64,000 nucleotides of DNA from Alphaproteobacteria bacterium (GCA_963667785.2 CAXXMU010000006.1:288001-352000), one strand, 5' to 3'. Counted from the stretch's first letter, positions 45,564 through 57,220 are shown. Numbers and translations are program-made. Notes: a model not told the origin generated them from the sequence alone.

Positions 45564-47773
45564 CAGCCTGACCTCGCCAGCTTGAAATAGGTGCCGTCCC
45601 GGTCCGCGATCAGCTCCTCGTGCGTGCCGCGCTGCACTTCGACGCCCTTGTCGAGCACGATGATCTCGTCGCAATCCCGCACGGTGCTGAGCCGGTGTGC
45701 GACGATCAGGCAGGTGGTGCCGCGACGCCGCAAGGCGTCGTCCACGCGTTCCTCCGTCGCGGCGTCGAGGGCGCTGGTCGCTTCGTCCAGAATCAGCAGG
45801 GTCGGATTGCCGACCAGCGCACGGGCGATCTCCAGCCGTTGCCGCTGACCGCCGCTGAAATTCGCCCCGCCTTCCTCGACGAGGGTCGAATACCCCTGCG
45901 GCCTGACGAGAATTTCGTCATGGATTCCCGCATCCCGCGTCGCGGCGAAGATGGCTTCATCGGGAACAGCCGGGTTCCACAGGGTGATGTTGTCGCGAAG
46001 GGTGGCGGAAAAGAGCACGACGTCCTGATCCACCATGGAAATGGACTGCCGCAGCACTTCCTCCGGAATCTCGTCCCGCACGTGGCCGTCGAACAGAATC
46101 TCACCCGACCAGGGCTGATAGACGCCCGAAACCAGTCGCGCCAGGGTCGACTTGCCGGACCCGCTGGGGCCGACCACCGCAACGCGATGCCCCGGCTTGA
46201 TCACGAGGTTGAAGTCCTTGATCAAGGGCGGCCGGCTCTTGTTGAACCCGAAGGTGATGTTTCGCAGCTCGAGCTGGCCGGCAAGCTGGAGCCGGCCGTT
46301 GAACGTGGGGATCGATTCCGATTCCGGACTGCGGCGCTCGAACACGGGGTCTTCGGCGGCCTTGGAAATGTCGTCCAGGCGCTGCAAGTCGGTTTCCAGC
46401 GCCTGGCGCTTCTCGGCGAACTCCAGGAAGCGCCCGACGGGTGCCAGAAACATCTCCGCCAGTATGTAGAACCCGACCAGCGTCCCCAGCGTCATGTCTC
46501 CGGCCATGACAAGACTTCCTCCGAAGCCCAGGATCGCCGCGCTGCGAAGTGCGGCAATCAGGCCCGGAAGCGCGGTATTGACGGAACCCAGTTCCGAATA
46601 GAGCTGGCGCGCCCGAAGCTCGCGCGCCTGCTGACCGCTCCAGCGCGAAAAGAAGCGGTCATCCGCGCCCGTCATGCGCAGGTTTTCCGCGTGATTCAGC
46701 ATCTGCATGCCGAAGCCGATCAGCAGGCCTTGTTCGCGCCTCATTGCCTGACTTCGAACGGCCCGGAGCCCGTTGAGAAAGTGAGCCAGAATTCCGTGCA
46801 GAAGGGCAAGAAACAACACGATCAGCGTCAGCAGTGCATCGTAGGCGAACATCGCGATGAGCAATATCACGCTCATCGCCATGTCGATGATGAGCACGAG
46901 GAACTGATCCGTCAGATTCTTTGCGACTCTGTCGATGGACGAGACTCGATCGGTGAGGTCGCCGACCAGTCTGTGTTCGAAGAAATCCACCGGCAATCGC
47001 AGCAGCCGGGTCAAGCCCCGACTGTAGCCAATCACTGAAATTCGGACGGCCAGTCGCTTCAGGAACCGGTGCTTGAGCAGCGAGAGAACGTAGACCAGTA
47101 CACCGCCGCCCAGCAACGCCGCCACCACTCCGCCCCACGCCCCGTGGTTTTCCAGAACGTCGTCCACGAACACGCCGAGAGAAGCGGGAACGATGAGCGT
47201 GAGCAGCGTCAACAGGAGTCCGCAGGCAAGAAGTCCCGCAACCACACGCCACGACTCCACGGGCAGGCTGCTCAACTGCCTGACCAGGCCGATGCGCTCG
47301 CCACCGGGCGTGAAGTCGGCACCGCGGCTGAACTGCAACGCTATTCCACTGTAGCTCCGCGTGAACTCTTCTGCGGAAACCCGGCGCCGACCGGTCGCCG
47401 GATCATTGAGATGGAAATAGCGGTCGTCAAACCCTTCGAGAATGACGAAATGGCTGAATTGCCAGAACAGAATCAGGGGTAACTGCAGCCTTTTCAGCTG
47501 CTCGGCCCGCACGCTGAGTCCCCTGCATTCGAGACCGTAATGTCTTGAGGCGCGCAAGATGCTCGCGGCACTGCTGCCGTCCCGGCTCACCTCGCATTTC
47601 TCGCGCAATTCGGTAGGTGGCACCCAGCGTCCGAAGTAGGCCAGGACGCTGCCGAGGCAGGTGGCGCCACATTCCGATGCATGCATCTGCAACAGAATTG
47701 GCGTCGTTACCCTTCGTTTCGAGACGTCCGCGCCGGCCTTGTCGCTTGCCCCCTTGGAGGCGCGCAGGGGCAT
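45563..47773 (-). CDS. NHLP-family C39 peptidase-containing ABC exporter
   Basis: LQMHASECGATCL, SRDGS, FWQFSHFVILEG, NDPATG, GPSGSGKST, FSGGQRQRLEIARAL. Confidence 0.92.
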   Translation of the reverse strand: MPLRASKGASDKAGADVSKRRVTTPILLQMHASECGATCLGSVLAYFGRWVPPTELREKCEVSRDGSSAASILRASRHYGLECRGLSVRAEQLKRLQLPLILFWQFSHFVILEGFDDRYFHLNDPATGRRRVSAEEFTRSYSGIALQFSRGADFTPGGERIGLVRQLSSLPVESWRVVAGLLACGLLLTLLTLIVPASLGVFVDDVLENHGAWGGVVAALLGGGVLVYVLSLLKHRFLKRLAVRISVIGYSRGLTRLLRLPVDFFEHRLVGDLTDRVSSIDRVAKNLTDQFLVLIIDMAMSVILLIAMFAYDALLTLIVLFLALLHGILAHFLNGLRAVRSQAMRREQGLLIGFGMQMLNHAENLRMTGADDRFFSRWSGQQARELRARQLYSELGSVNTALPGLIAALRSAAILGFGGSLVMAGDMTLGTLVGFYILAEMFLAPVGRFLEFAEKRQALETDLQRLDDISKAAEDPVFERRSPESESIPTFNGRLQLAGQLELRNITFGFNKSRPPLIKDFNLVIKPGHRVAVVGPSGSGKSTLARLVSGVYQPWSGEILFDGHVRDEIPEEVLRQSISMVDQDVVLFSATLRDNITLWNPAVPDEAIFAATRDAGIHDEILVRPQGYSTLVEEGGANFSGGQRQRLEIARALVGNPTLLILDEATSALDAATEERVDDALRRRGTTCLIVAHRLSTVRDCDEIIVLDKGVEVQRGTHEELIADRDGTYFKLARSG

Positions 47774-47774
47774 T

Positions 47775-48326
47775 TTATGATCGCCTCATTTGCAGGAAGG
47801 CGACCGGCGACTGTCTGCCGAGCTCGATGACGATCCGGCATTCTCTGCTCGCAAGGGATGCAATATCCAAACCGGCATCGAGCGCAATCTCGATTCGGTG
47901 CATCAGGACCGGCGCCGCACCCTCCAACGTCGCCAGCGAGCCGGACAGCGGTACGGCGGAAACGCTCGCGACCTCTCCGTCCCGGGTGGCCGCCTCTCCA
48001 TCCGCCATGACGAGCTCGATCACTGCCGGCAGTCCCGCCTTGATATTCGGCGCGAATTCGCTCTCGATCCAGACGAGGGCCTGCACGGACTCGCTGTCGA
48101 CGCCCAGGCTTTCGCCGGGCTCGATAAGGACGCCGTCTACCGAATGGCTGCGCGCTACATCGCCAAAGACGAGCCATGCTGCCAGCGCAACCAGCAACAG
48201 GGCGATACCCGCGACGAGCAGGCGCTCCCGCGGTGTGGAAATCGTCAGAAGCCGGTCGAGTTGTTCGCGTTCTTCTTTTGCCTTGGCAACTGTATCATGA
48301 AAGGAGTCAAAGGGATTATTGAACAC
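47775..48326 (-). CDS. Short NHLP secretion accessory protein (HlyD-like, lacking the long coiled coil)
   Basis: EQLDRLLTISTPR plus a TM helix as in NHLP secretion proteins; C-terminal QSPVAFL; GTG at 48326 after GGAGG. Confidence 0.65.
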   Translation of the reverse strand: MFNNPFDSFHDTVAKAKEEREQLDRLLTISTPRERLLVAGIALLLVALAAWLVFGDVARSHSVDGVLIEPGESLGVDSESVQALVWIESEFAPNIKAGLPAVIELVMADGEAATRDGEVASVSAVPLSGSLATLEGAAPVLMHRIEIALDAGLDIASLASRECRIVIELGRQSPVAFLQMRRS

Positions 48327-48614
48327 GACCGCCGTAGCCTCCGCAAAGAAATCGGCCAATTCCAAGAAAAAGCTGATGTGACTTGCGTGGCGCTTTGTCG
48401 AATCCTATACAAGCTCGACCGAAAAAGGTCAAGTCTTGGGACTCCCGGCAAATTCGGCTTGACGTGCTTCGGTTGAGTGCGACCATCCTGCGGCGCGCGC
48501 CGCCACCGTGTCGCGAATCCCATGCAGAGGATGCGTCCTGAAGTTGCCGGATAGTCCGGGACTTCGCCCTTTCCGGGAAGTCAAGGTACAATACGCGGTG
48601 CTCATCACTGGACG

Positions 48615-49493
48615 TTGCGGATGTTCCCTGGGCACGAAACCGGCGACAGGCGCGTTGCCCACCACGGCTGGGCCAGGCGCTTTAGGTTCTCCCTGCGCGC
48701 GTCGTCGGCAGTCCTGATTCTGATGCTGGCGGGCTTATGCCTGCAATTTGTGGAAGCCCTCGCCCAGGACGAAACGCCGGAGGAAAAGGGCCTCAGGATT
48801 GCGCGTGAAGCCAGCGCCCGCAACGACGGTTTCGGCGACTTCACCGCCGAGATGACGATGGTGCTGCGCGATCGCCACGGTCGGGAAAGTGTCCGTCAAA
48901 TGCGCCTCAAGGTGCTGGAGGTGCCGGAAGACGGCGACAGGAGCCTGTTCGTGTTCGATCAGCCGCGAGACGTGCAGGGAACCGCCCTGCTCACCCATGC
49001 CCACGTCAACGCGCCGGACGACCAATGGCTCTATCTGCCGGCCCTGAAAAGGGTGAAGCGCATCAACGCCTCGAGGCGTTCGGGGGCCTTCATGGGAAGC
49101 GAGTTTTCATACGAAGACATGAGCTCGCAGGAGGTGGACGAATACAACTACAAGTACCTTCGCGACGAGCCCTGCGGGGAACTGACCTGTACGGTGACCG
49201 AGCAAATTCCCCTGGACAAGGAGTCCGGATACAGCCGCAGAATCGCTTGGCAAGACACGATCGAGCTTCGAATCTGGAAGATGGAGCTTTACGACCGAAA
49301 GAACTCGCACCTGAAGACCCTTACACTCGTGGGTTATCAGCAGTATCTGGATCGGTACTGGCGGGCGGGGGAGCAGACCATGGTGAACCACCTCACCGGA
49401 GCGAGCACGGTTCTCAAGTGGTCAGGTTTTCAGTTTCGCAACAATCTTAGCGAGAGCGAATTTACCCAGACGGCACTTAGACGCGTGCGCTGA
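48615..49493 (+). CDS. LolA-like outer-membrane lipoprotein-sorting protein
   Basis: PRDVQGTALL..DDQWLYLPALKRVKRI..FMGSEFSYED; true start probably downstream. Confidence 0.85.
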   Translation: MRMFPGHETGDRRVAHHGWARRFRFSLRASSAVLILMLAGLCLQFVEALAQDETPEEKGLRIAREASARNDGFGDFTAEMTMVLRDRHGRESVRQMRLKVLEVPEDGDRSLFVFDQPRDVQGTALLTHAHVNAPDDQWLYLPALKRVKRINASRRSGAFMGSEFSYEDMSSQEVDEYNYKYLRDEPCGELTCTVTEQIPLDKESGYSRRIAWQDTIELRIWKMELYDRKNSHLKTLTLVGYQQYLDRYWRAGEQTMVNHLTGASTVLKWSGFQFRNNLSESEFTQTALRRVR

Positions 49494-50713
49494 TGCGAGT
49501 CGGCGGTGCAATTGCGGCCCTCCTGTTCTTGGCCGCCGCAAGCGCCAAGGCACAAACTCTGGATTACTCGGGCGACCTGAGCCTGGAGGGGCGGTGGTAT
49601 CCGCAATCGCCGGCGTTCCCGGATCAGCGCTCCGGCACCGGCGGACTGGTCGTCAAGCCGACTGTCTACGGCGATTTGGGGGAATCGACCAGCTTTGCTG
49701 TCTCCGCGTTCTATCGGTACGACAGCGCCGATTCGCGGCGCACGCACGCGGACCTGCGCGAGGCGTATCTCCTGACCTACGGAGACTGGGAGGACATTTC
49801 CTGGGAGCTCAGGCTGGGCATTGACCGCGTTTTCTGGGGCGTTGCCGAGCTGACCAACCTCGTGGATATCGTCAACCAATTGGACCTCGTCGAGCATCCC
49901 CGCAATCGACCGAAGCTCGGCCAACCCATGGCGCACCTGACGATATTCGGCGACTGGGGCATCGCCGAGACGTTCGTGCTGCCGTATCATCGCAAGCGCC
50001 CCTCTGCGGGACGTCACGGGCGTCACCGTTCCGGCTTTCTGATTGACGAAAGCGCCTTGTACGAGAGCGGTGCCGGAGAACGTCACGTCGACTTCGCCTT
50101 TCGCTACAGCAACACCGTGGATTTGCTCGATTTCGGCCTGACGGCATTTGCCGGAACAAGCCGCGAGCCGTCTTTTCTCGCCCGCCATCAATCCGAGACG
50201 ATCGGCGCGGCCCTGATTCCGTACTACGAGCAAATCCGGCAATTCGGATTGGACGCGCAGCTCACGACCGAGCCATGGCTTTACAAAATGGAGGCGATTT
50301 ACCGCAGCGGAGCGCACAATCTCCTGGGCCGGGAGGAGGATTACGGCGCCGTCATCGTCGGCACGGAACGCACCCTCTACGCCGTGTTCGATACCCGAGC
50401 CGACCTGACCGTCCTGGCCGAGACGCTCTACGACGGACGCGATCGTCGTGCGACGAGTGCCTGGGCGAACGACCTGTTTGTCGCGGGGTCCGTCGCATTC
50501 AACGACGTGCAGAGCACCACGCTCGTTGCCGGCATCCTGGCCGACCTCCGCCACGATTATCGTGTGTTGAGCCTGGATCTGAAACGTCGGCTGTCGAGCG
50601 GCTGGTCGATGCGCGTGGAGGCCATCGCGAATCTCAGCATGGATCCGCAGGACCTGACTTACGATGGACGGCGCGACAGCTTCCTGGGCGCAGAAGTCAC
50701 GTACAGCTTCTGA
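49493..50713 (+). CDS. Putative outer-membrane beta-barrel protein
   Basis: Signal peptide; DLREAY, LRLGIDRVFWGV, DIVNQ; amphipathic strands; C-terminal YSF. Confidence 0.75.
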   Translation: MRVGGAIAALLFLAAASAKAQTLDYSGDLSLEGRWYPQSPAFPDQRSGTGGLVVKPTVYGDLGESTSFAVSAFYRYDSADSRRTHADLREAYLLTYGDWEDISWELRLGIDRVFWGVAELTNLVDIVNQLDLVEHPRNRPKLGQPMAHLTIFGDWGIAETFVLPYHRKRPSAGRHGRHRSGFLIDESALYESGAGERHVDFAFRYSNTVDLLDFGLTAFAGTSREPSFLARHQSETIGAALIPYYEQIRQFGLDAQLTTEPWLYKMEAIYRSGAHNLLGREEDYGAVIVGTERTLYAVFDTRADLTVLAETLYDGRDRRATSAWANDLFVAGSVAFNDVQSTTLVAGILADLRHDYRVLSLDLKRRLSSGWSMRVEAIANLSMDPQDLTYDGRRDSFLGAEVTYSF

Positions 50714-50852
50714 TGGGCATCCGTGGCCTGGACGTGGCAGCCGCTGCAATCGGCGATGACAGGACGATCATGGTAGCCGGCCCCGCACACCGCCCTTCCA
50801 TGCGTTCCGGCGCGGGGCGGCCGGGCGCCGACCGCTGCGAGGGTCAGTCGCG

Positions 50853-52127
50853 GTGATGCTGCCGGGCATGAGTTCCTTGCGGAGGATCGCGGTCGTCGGG
50901 CGAGGCACCGCAGGGTCCCTGGCGGCCGCGAGCGTGTCCCGGCTTCTCTCGGGCAGCGACCACGAATTGCACCACATATACGATTCGCGCATCCCCGTTA
51001 TCGGCGTCGGCGAAGGCAGCTGGCCGAGCCTGGTACAGGAACTGCAGCGGCTGACCGATTTGCCCCACGAAACGGTCCAGCAGCGCCTGAAGGGAACGCG
51101 CAAGTACGGCGTGGCGTTCGAGGGATGGGGGCGACGCGGCCGCGACTTCACCCACTACTTCACGCCGCAACAGGTGTCCTACGCCTACCACCTGTCAGCC
51201 GACTTGATGGGCGAGCTGTTGCACGAAAGCACGCGCGCTCGCCACATCGACGCAAGGGTGCTCGACATCGCGAGGGTGGAAGGCGGCGCGCAGGTGGAAT
51301 GCGAGGGCCTGGCGCCGGAGCGCTATGATCTGGTCTTCGATGCCCGCGGGTTCCCCAAGGAGCTCGATCCCGACCGCCACATCGACATTTCCTTCATCCC
51401 CACCAACACGGCCGTCATCCGCCGCTGCCCGGCAATCGTCGAGGACAGGCAGGACGGGCCGGTCGTGCAGCATACCTACACCCGTGCGGTCGCGCGTCCG
51501 CACGGCTGGATATTCGTCATTCCGCTGACGGTCCACACGTCCTACGGGTACATCTTCAACCGCGACGTCACCGGCCTTACCGACGTGGAGTCGGACTTCG
51601 ACGCATTTCTCGAAGGCGACGGCGTGTCGGAATTCGAACAACGCGCCGTCATTCCCTTTCCCAACTATGTCCACCGTCAGATATTCGATGGTGCGGTGGC
51701 ACGCGTCGGCAACGCGGCGGCCTTCATGGAGCCTCTCGAAGCGACGGCGATCGTATCCGCCCAGTTGCAGATCGGGATGGTCCCCCACATGCGCCTCAAC
51801 CGTTCGATCGAGCATCTCGAGCGCGACGCACCGGTGGTCAATCGCTTTCTCATCAGCAACATGCTCTGCTACGGCCTGTTCGTCGGCTGGCACTATTCCT
51901 GCGGTTCCCGGTACGACAGCGAGTTCTGGCGCCACGCCCGCAACCACGTCTGGCCTCGACACCGAGAGGCAGCGGACCCCGAGGCGGTGGATTGCACCGC
52001 GCTCCGCAAGTTCGACGACATGATCGAACTGATGAACCGGGCAGTCATCGACAAGGCGGACTGGAACCGGATGTGCGCGGTCCCCCTCACCAGCTACGCC
52101 CAGATGTCGCAGGGGCTTGGCGTTTAG
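50853..52127 (+). CDS. srpI: Flavin-dependent tryptophan halogenase (peptidyl Trp brominase-like)
   Basis: GRGTAG, IGVGEGS, catalytic Lys in TRKYGVAF, GWIFVIP, AAFMEPLEATAI; compact 424 aa. Symbol from recalled srp cluster. Confidence 0.88.
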   Translation: MMLPGMSSLRRIAVVGRGTAGSLAAASVSRLLSGSDHELHHIYDSRIPVIGVGEGSWPSLVQELQRLTDLPHETVQQRLKGTRKYGVAFEGWGRRGRDFTHYFTPQQVSYAYHLSADLMGELLHESTRARHIDARVLDIARVEGGAQVECEGLAPERYDLVFDARGFPKELDPDRHIDISFIPTNTAVIRRCPAIVEDRQDGPVVQHTYTRAVARPHGWIFVIPLTVHTSYGYIFNRDVTGLTDVESDFDAFLEGDGVSEFEQRAVIPFPNYVHRQIFDGAVARVGNAAAFMEPLEATAIVSAQLQIGMVPHMRLNRSIEHLERDAPVVNRFLISNMLCYGLFVGWHYSCGSRYDSEFWRHARNHVWPRHREAADPEAVDCTALRKFDDMIELMNRAVIDKADWNRMCAVPLTSYAQMSQGLGV

Positions 52128-52236
52128 AGCCTATCCGTCTGTGACGGATGCGGGCTGACTCTTTGGTATTCTTCGATTGTAGGGGGGGCGAAGTTACACG
52201 CCGAACGATACCCTGCGCCACATGGCGCGCAATCGC

Positions 52237-53094
52237 TCACGGAGCGGTTGAGCCCTGCCGGCCGGCAAAGAACCGGCAGAGCTCGGAATCCGGCATCTGC
52301 TCTTCCGCATAGCTGAAGGTGCCGTGATCGCGGATCTCCGCGGCCGCCCGCCGGATGAGTCCGAAGGTGGCGCGGGCGAGCGACCCGCCGATGCTGACGC
52401 GCTTCACCCCCAGGTCCTCGAGCTGGTTCACGCTCATCGGGCTGCCGGCGAGACCCATGACCACGTTGACCGGGGCGCCGACTTCCCTCACCAACCGGCC
52501 GATGGTCTCAGCGCCGGCGATACCGGGCACGTAGAGGCAATCCGCGCCCGCGGCCCGATAGGCCACCGCCCGTGCCACCGATTCCCCGAACGGGTCCGGG
52601 TGCCCGACGAGATAGCACTCGGCCCTCGCGGTGAGCGTGAAGGGAAACGGCAGGGAGGAAGCTGCCGCCGCGGCCGCCTCGATCCTCTCCGTCGCCAGCA
52701 CCCGATCGTAGAGATCGCCTGTACCGTAAGCGACCGCATGGTCTTCGATGCTGGCGCCGACCGCGCCGGTCTCCGCCACCCGGCGGATGGTCTCGGCCAC
52801 CTCCTCCGGGGTGTGTCCGTAGCCGTTCTCGGCATCCACGCTGACCGGTATCCGAACCGCACCGGCAATCCGCTGGGTCTCCTCCAGCGCCGCGTCCCGG
52901 CCGAGCGCCCCCTCATAGTCGGGGAGCCCCAGGCAGTACGCGATGCCCGCGCTCGTCGTGCCCACCGCCGGGAAGCCGGCCGCTTCGAGCATGCAGGCGC
53001 TGCCGGCGTTCCACGCGTTCGGCATCACGAATATCCCGTCGGCCGCATGCAGATCCTTGAACGCCGCTCCCTTGGCTTTCTGCGCTTCATTCAT
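52237..53094 (-). CDS. Isocitrate lyase/PEP mutase-family protein
   Basis: PNAWNAGSA, TTSAGIA, VDAENGYG, GASIED, AYRAAGADCLYVPG. Confidence 0.88.
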   Translation of the reverse strand: MNEAQKAKGAAFKDLHAADGIFVMPNAWNAGSACMLEAAGFPAVGTTSAGIAYCLGLPDYEGALGRDAALEETQRIAGAVRIPVSVDAENGYGHTPEEVAETIRRVAETGAVGASIEDHAVAYGTGDLYDRVLATERIEAAAAAASSLPFPFTLTARAECYLVGHPDPFGESVARAVAYRAAGADCLYVPGIAGAETIGRLVREVGAPVNVVMGLAGSPMSVNQLEDLGVKRVSIGGSLARATFGLIRRAAAEIRDHGTFSYAEEQMPDSELCRFFAGRQGSTAP

Positions 53095-53172
53095 GGTCGC
53101 GCTTTCGTTTGCGATCCCGGAAGATGGCGTCCCTGCGACGGACGGATCGGCCCTCGATGCGGCCGGCGCGGC

Positions 53173-53862
53173 TCACGACCCCGAGCCCTCGGAGTTCGGC
53201 TGCTTGCCGTAGGTCTTCATGATCTCCAGGACCTCGGCCATCTTGCGGCTCAGGATGACCGTGGGTTCCCTGCCGGCGGCCGCGCCGATGGCGAGGGTGC
53301 GGCAATAGAGCTCGGCGAGATACTCGACCTCGACCAGCAGCCTGACGCAGGCGTCGGGCGTCTCGCCGATCACCACGGCGCCGTGGTTCTGCAGGAGACA
53401 CGCCTTCCGCCCGTCGAGCGCCTCGACCGCCACGTCCGAGAGCGCCTGGGTCGTGGGCGTGCGGTAGGGCGCGCAACGGATGCTCGTGCCACCTGCGGCA
53501 GCCACCATGTAATGCACCGCGGGGATCTCCAGCCCGAGCACGGCGAGCGCGGTGCAATGGACGGAATGGCTGTGCAGGACCGCGTCCACGTCGGGCCTGG
53601 TGGCCAGGATGTCGCGATGCAGCCGCCACTCGCTGGTGGGGCGGAGCGGGCTCTCGTGCCCGCCGGCGAAATCCATCTCGACGATGTCGCCCGGCGTCAT
53701 GGTCTCGTAGTCGCGCCCGGAGGGCGTCACGAGAAAGCGCTCGCCGGCCCGGAACCCGATATTGCCCGAGGTGCCGTGATTGAGGCCGAGCGCGTTCATC
53801 CTGCGGGCGGCATCGAGGATGGCGCGCCGCGCCCGGAGGTTCGTGGTTCGCTTCCGGGCCAT
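53173..53862 (-). CDS. Class II aldolase (L-fuculose-phosphate aldolase-like)
   Basis: GTSGNI, TPSG, PTSEWRLH, HSHS, LLQNHG. Confidence 0.88.
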   Translation of the reverse strand: MARKRTTNLRARRAILDAARRMNALGLNHGTSGNIGFRAGERFLVTPSGRDYETMTPGDIVEMDFAGGHESPLRPTSEWRLHRDILATRPDVDAVLHSHSVHCTALAVLGLEIPAVHYMVAAAGGTSIRCAPYRTPTTQALSDVAVEALDGRKACLLQNHGAVVIGETPDACVRLLVEVEYLAELYCRTLAIGAAAGREPTVILSRKMAEVLEIMKTYGKQPNSEGSGS

Positions 53863-53905
53863 GAGGGTGCAAGCGGCGGACTCTAGGAGCCGCCCGGGCC
53901 TCGCG

Positions 53906-54549
53906 TCATTGCTCGAGGGCGGCGACGATGTCCGCCGTGATCGCGTCGATATCGCCGCCGCCGTCCACCCGCGCGAAGCGCCCGCCGGCCTCGTAGTGGG
54001 GGATGATCGGCGCGGTCTGCTCGCGGTAGGCGGCGAGCCGGGCGATCATGGTCTCGCGGTTGTCGTCCGCGCGCCGGGTGAAGTTCGTGCCCCCGCACTG
54101 GTCGCAGACGCCCTCGGTCGCCGGCAGGTTGAAGCGCTCGTGATAGCCGGCACCGCAGTCAGCGCAGGAGAAGCGGCCGACGATGCGCTCGATCAGCGCC
54201 TCCTCGTCGACCTCGATGGCAACCACCCTGTCGAGCACGAGGCCGCGCTCGGCCAGCATCTCGTCCAGCGCCGCGGCCTGCGCCACCGTGCGCGGGAAGC
54301 CGTCGAGGATGAAGCCGTTGGCGCAGTCCGGCGCCTCGATCCGCTCCGCGATCAGCGCCACCATCAGCTCGTCCGGCACCAGCTCGCCGGCCTCCATGAT
54401 CGCCTTCGCCTGGGTGCCGAGCGCGGTGCCGGCCTTGACGGCGGCCCGCAGCATGTCGCCGGTGGAGATCTGGACGATGCGGAAGCGCTCGACCAGCCGC
54501 TGCGCCTGCGTGCCCTTGCCCGCCCCCGGTGGGCCGAGAAGGATCAGGT

Positions 54550-54553
<4 letters not shown>
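53906..54553 (-). CDS. adk: Adenylate kinase with Zn-type LID
   Basis: TTG start overlapping the secY stop; [34 protein letters not shown]. Confidence 0.96.
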
Positions 54554-55893
<1,340 letters not shown>

Positions 55894-55898
55894 GTTCG

Positions 55899-56402
55899 TC
55901 AGGCTTCCTTCGTCGTTGCCTCGGCCTCTGCCTCGGCCTTGGCCGCCACGCTGACGGTCACCGAGCCGCCGGCAGCCTCGACCGCGGCGATCGCCGCCTT
56001 GGATGCGCCGGTCACCTCGACCGCGACCGCGCTCTCGATCCGGCCCTTGGCGAGCAGCCGCACGCCGTGCCGCCCGCGCACCAAGCCGGCCGCAGCGAGC
56101 GCTGCCTCGGTGACGGGCGCGCCGGCGTCGATCCTGCCACGCTCGATCGCCTCCTGCAGGCGGCCGATGTTGACGGTCTCGAAGGTCTTGCGGAAGCGCG
56201 CGTTGGTGAAGCCCCGCTTGGGCAAACGCCGGTAGAGGGGCATCTGGCCGCCCTCGAAGCCCTTGAGGGTGACGCCCGCCCGGGACTTCTGGCCCTTGTG
56301 GCCGCGACCCGAGGTCTTGCCCCGGCCCGAGCCGATGCCGCGGCCGAGCCGCCGCCCCTTCTTGGACGCGCCCGCGCGGTCCTTGAGCTCGTTCAGCCGC
56401 AT
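55899..56402 (-). CDS. rplO: 50S ribosomal protein L15
   Basis: [28 protein letters not shown]. Confidence 0.97.
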   Translation of the reverse strand: MRLNELKDRAGASKKGRRLGRGIGSGRGKTSGRGHKGQKSRAGVTLKGFEGGQMPLYRRLPKRGFTNARFRKTFETVNIGRLQEAIERGRIDAGAPVTEAALAAAGLVRGRHGVRLLAKGRIESAVAVEVTGASKAAIAAVEAAGGSVTVSVAAKAEAEAEATTKEA

Positions 56403-56623
56403 CACTCCGCCTCCGCCTCCACCGGCTCGGCCCGCACGAGATGCGAAATCTTGTCGATCATCCCGCGCACGGCGGGCGTGTCCTCAAGGACGCGGCTCCG
56501 GTGCATCTTGTTGAGGCCGAGGCCGACCAGCGTCGCGCGCTGCTTCGCCGGACGGCCGATCGGGCTGCCGATCTGGGTGACGCGCACCTTGCGCGCCTTG
56601 GCCTCGGCCGCACGTCCCGCCAT
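56402..56623 (-). CDS. rpmD: 50S ribosomal protein L30
   Basis: [21 protein letters not shown]. Confidence 0.96.
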   Translation of the reverse strand: MAGRAAEAKARKVRVTQIGSPIGRPAKQRATLVGLGLNKMHRSRVLEDTPAVRGMIDKISHLVRAEPVEAEAE

Positions 56624-56626
56624 CGC

Positions 56627-57205
56627 CTACTCCTGCCCCTTGTCGGCCGCAGCGGACTCGTCCTGGCCGAAGATCTGGCTCACTGTCCGGTTGCGCTTGG
56701 CCGCGACGGCGCGGGGGGAATGGCAACGCCCCAGCGCATCGAACGTCGCCTTGACCATGTTCTGCGGATTGGAGGTGCCGACCGACTTGGCGACCACGTC
56801 CTTCACGCCCAGCATCTCGAACACGGCGCGCATCGGGCCGCCCGCGATGATCCCGGTGCCGGGCGGTGCGGCGCGAACGATCACCTTGCCCGCCCCGAAG
56901 CGCCCCTGGACATCGTGGTGCAGGGTGCGCCCCTCGCGCAGCGGCACGCGGATCATGCGCCGGCGCGCCTGCTCGGTCGCCTTGCGGATCGCCTCCGGCA
57001 CCTCGCGCGCCTTGCCCGAGCCGCCGCCGACGCGCCCGCGCTGATCGCCCACGACGACGAGCGCCGAGAAGCCGAAGCGCCGGCCGCCCTTCACCACCTT
57101 GGCGACGCGGTTGATGCTGACCAGCTTGTCGAGAAGCTCGGGCTCCTCGCGGTCCCTGTCCCGCTCCCGCCCGCGGCCGCCGCGATCCATGGATGGTCGT
57201 GCCAT
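56627..57205 (-). CDS. rpsE: 30S ribosomal protein S5
   Basis: [22 protein letters not shown]. Confidence 0.97.
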   Translation of the reverse strand: MARPSMDRGGRGRERDRDREEPELLDKLVSINRVAKVVKGGRRFGFSALVVVGDQRGRVGGGSGKAREVPEAIRKATEQARRRMIRVPLREGRTLHHDVQGRFGAGKVIVRAAPPGTGIIAGGPMRAVFEMLGVKDVVAKSVGTSNPQNMVKATFDALGRCHSPRAVAAKRNRTVSQIFGQDESAAADKGQE

Positions 57206-57220
57206 AGTGGGCCCTTCCCC

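Larger units (their letters stand above)
31956..52200. mobile_element. Putative tRNA-Lys-linked genomic island carrying the RiPP cluster
   Basis: Starts at the tRNA 3' end; aggcacc direct repeats at 32020-32037; IS remnant; visibly more A/T-ending codons in much of 37-51 kb. No integrase and no attR found, so the right border is inferred. Confidence 0.5.

Noticed and set aside
52125-52236. attR or IS end at the right border of the island
   Set aside because: No copy of the tRNA-Lys 3' end was found; only a 7-bp hairpin (atccgtc/gacggat) is present
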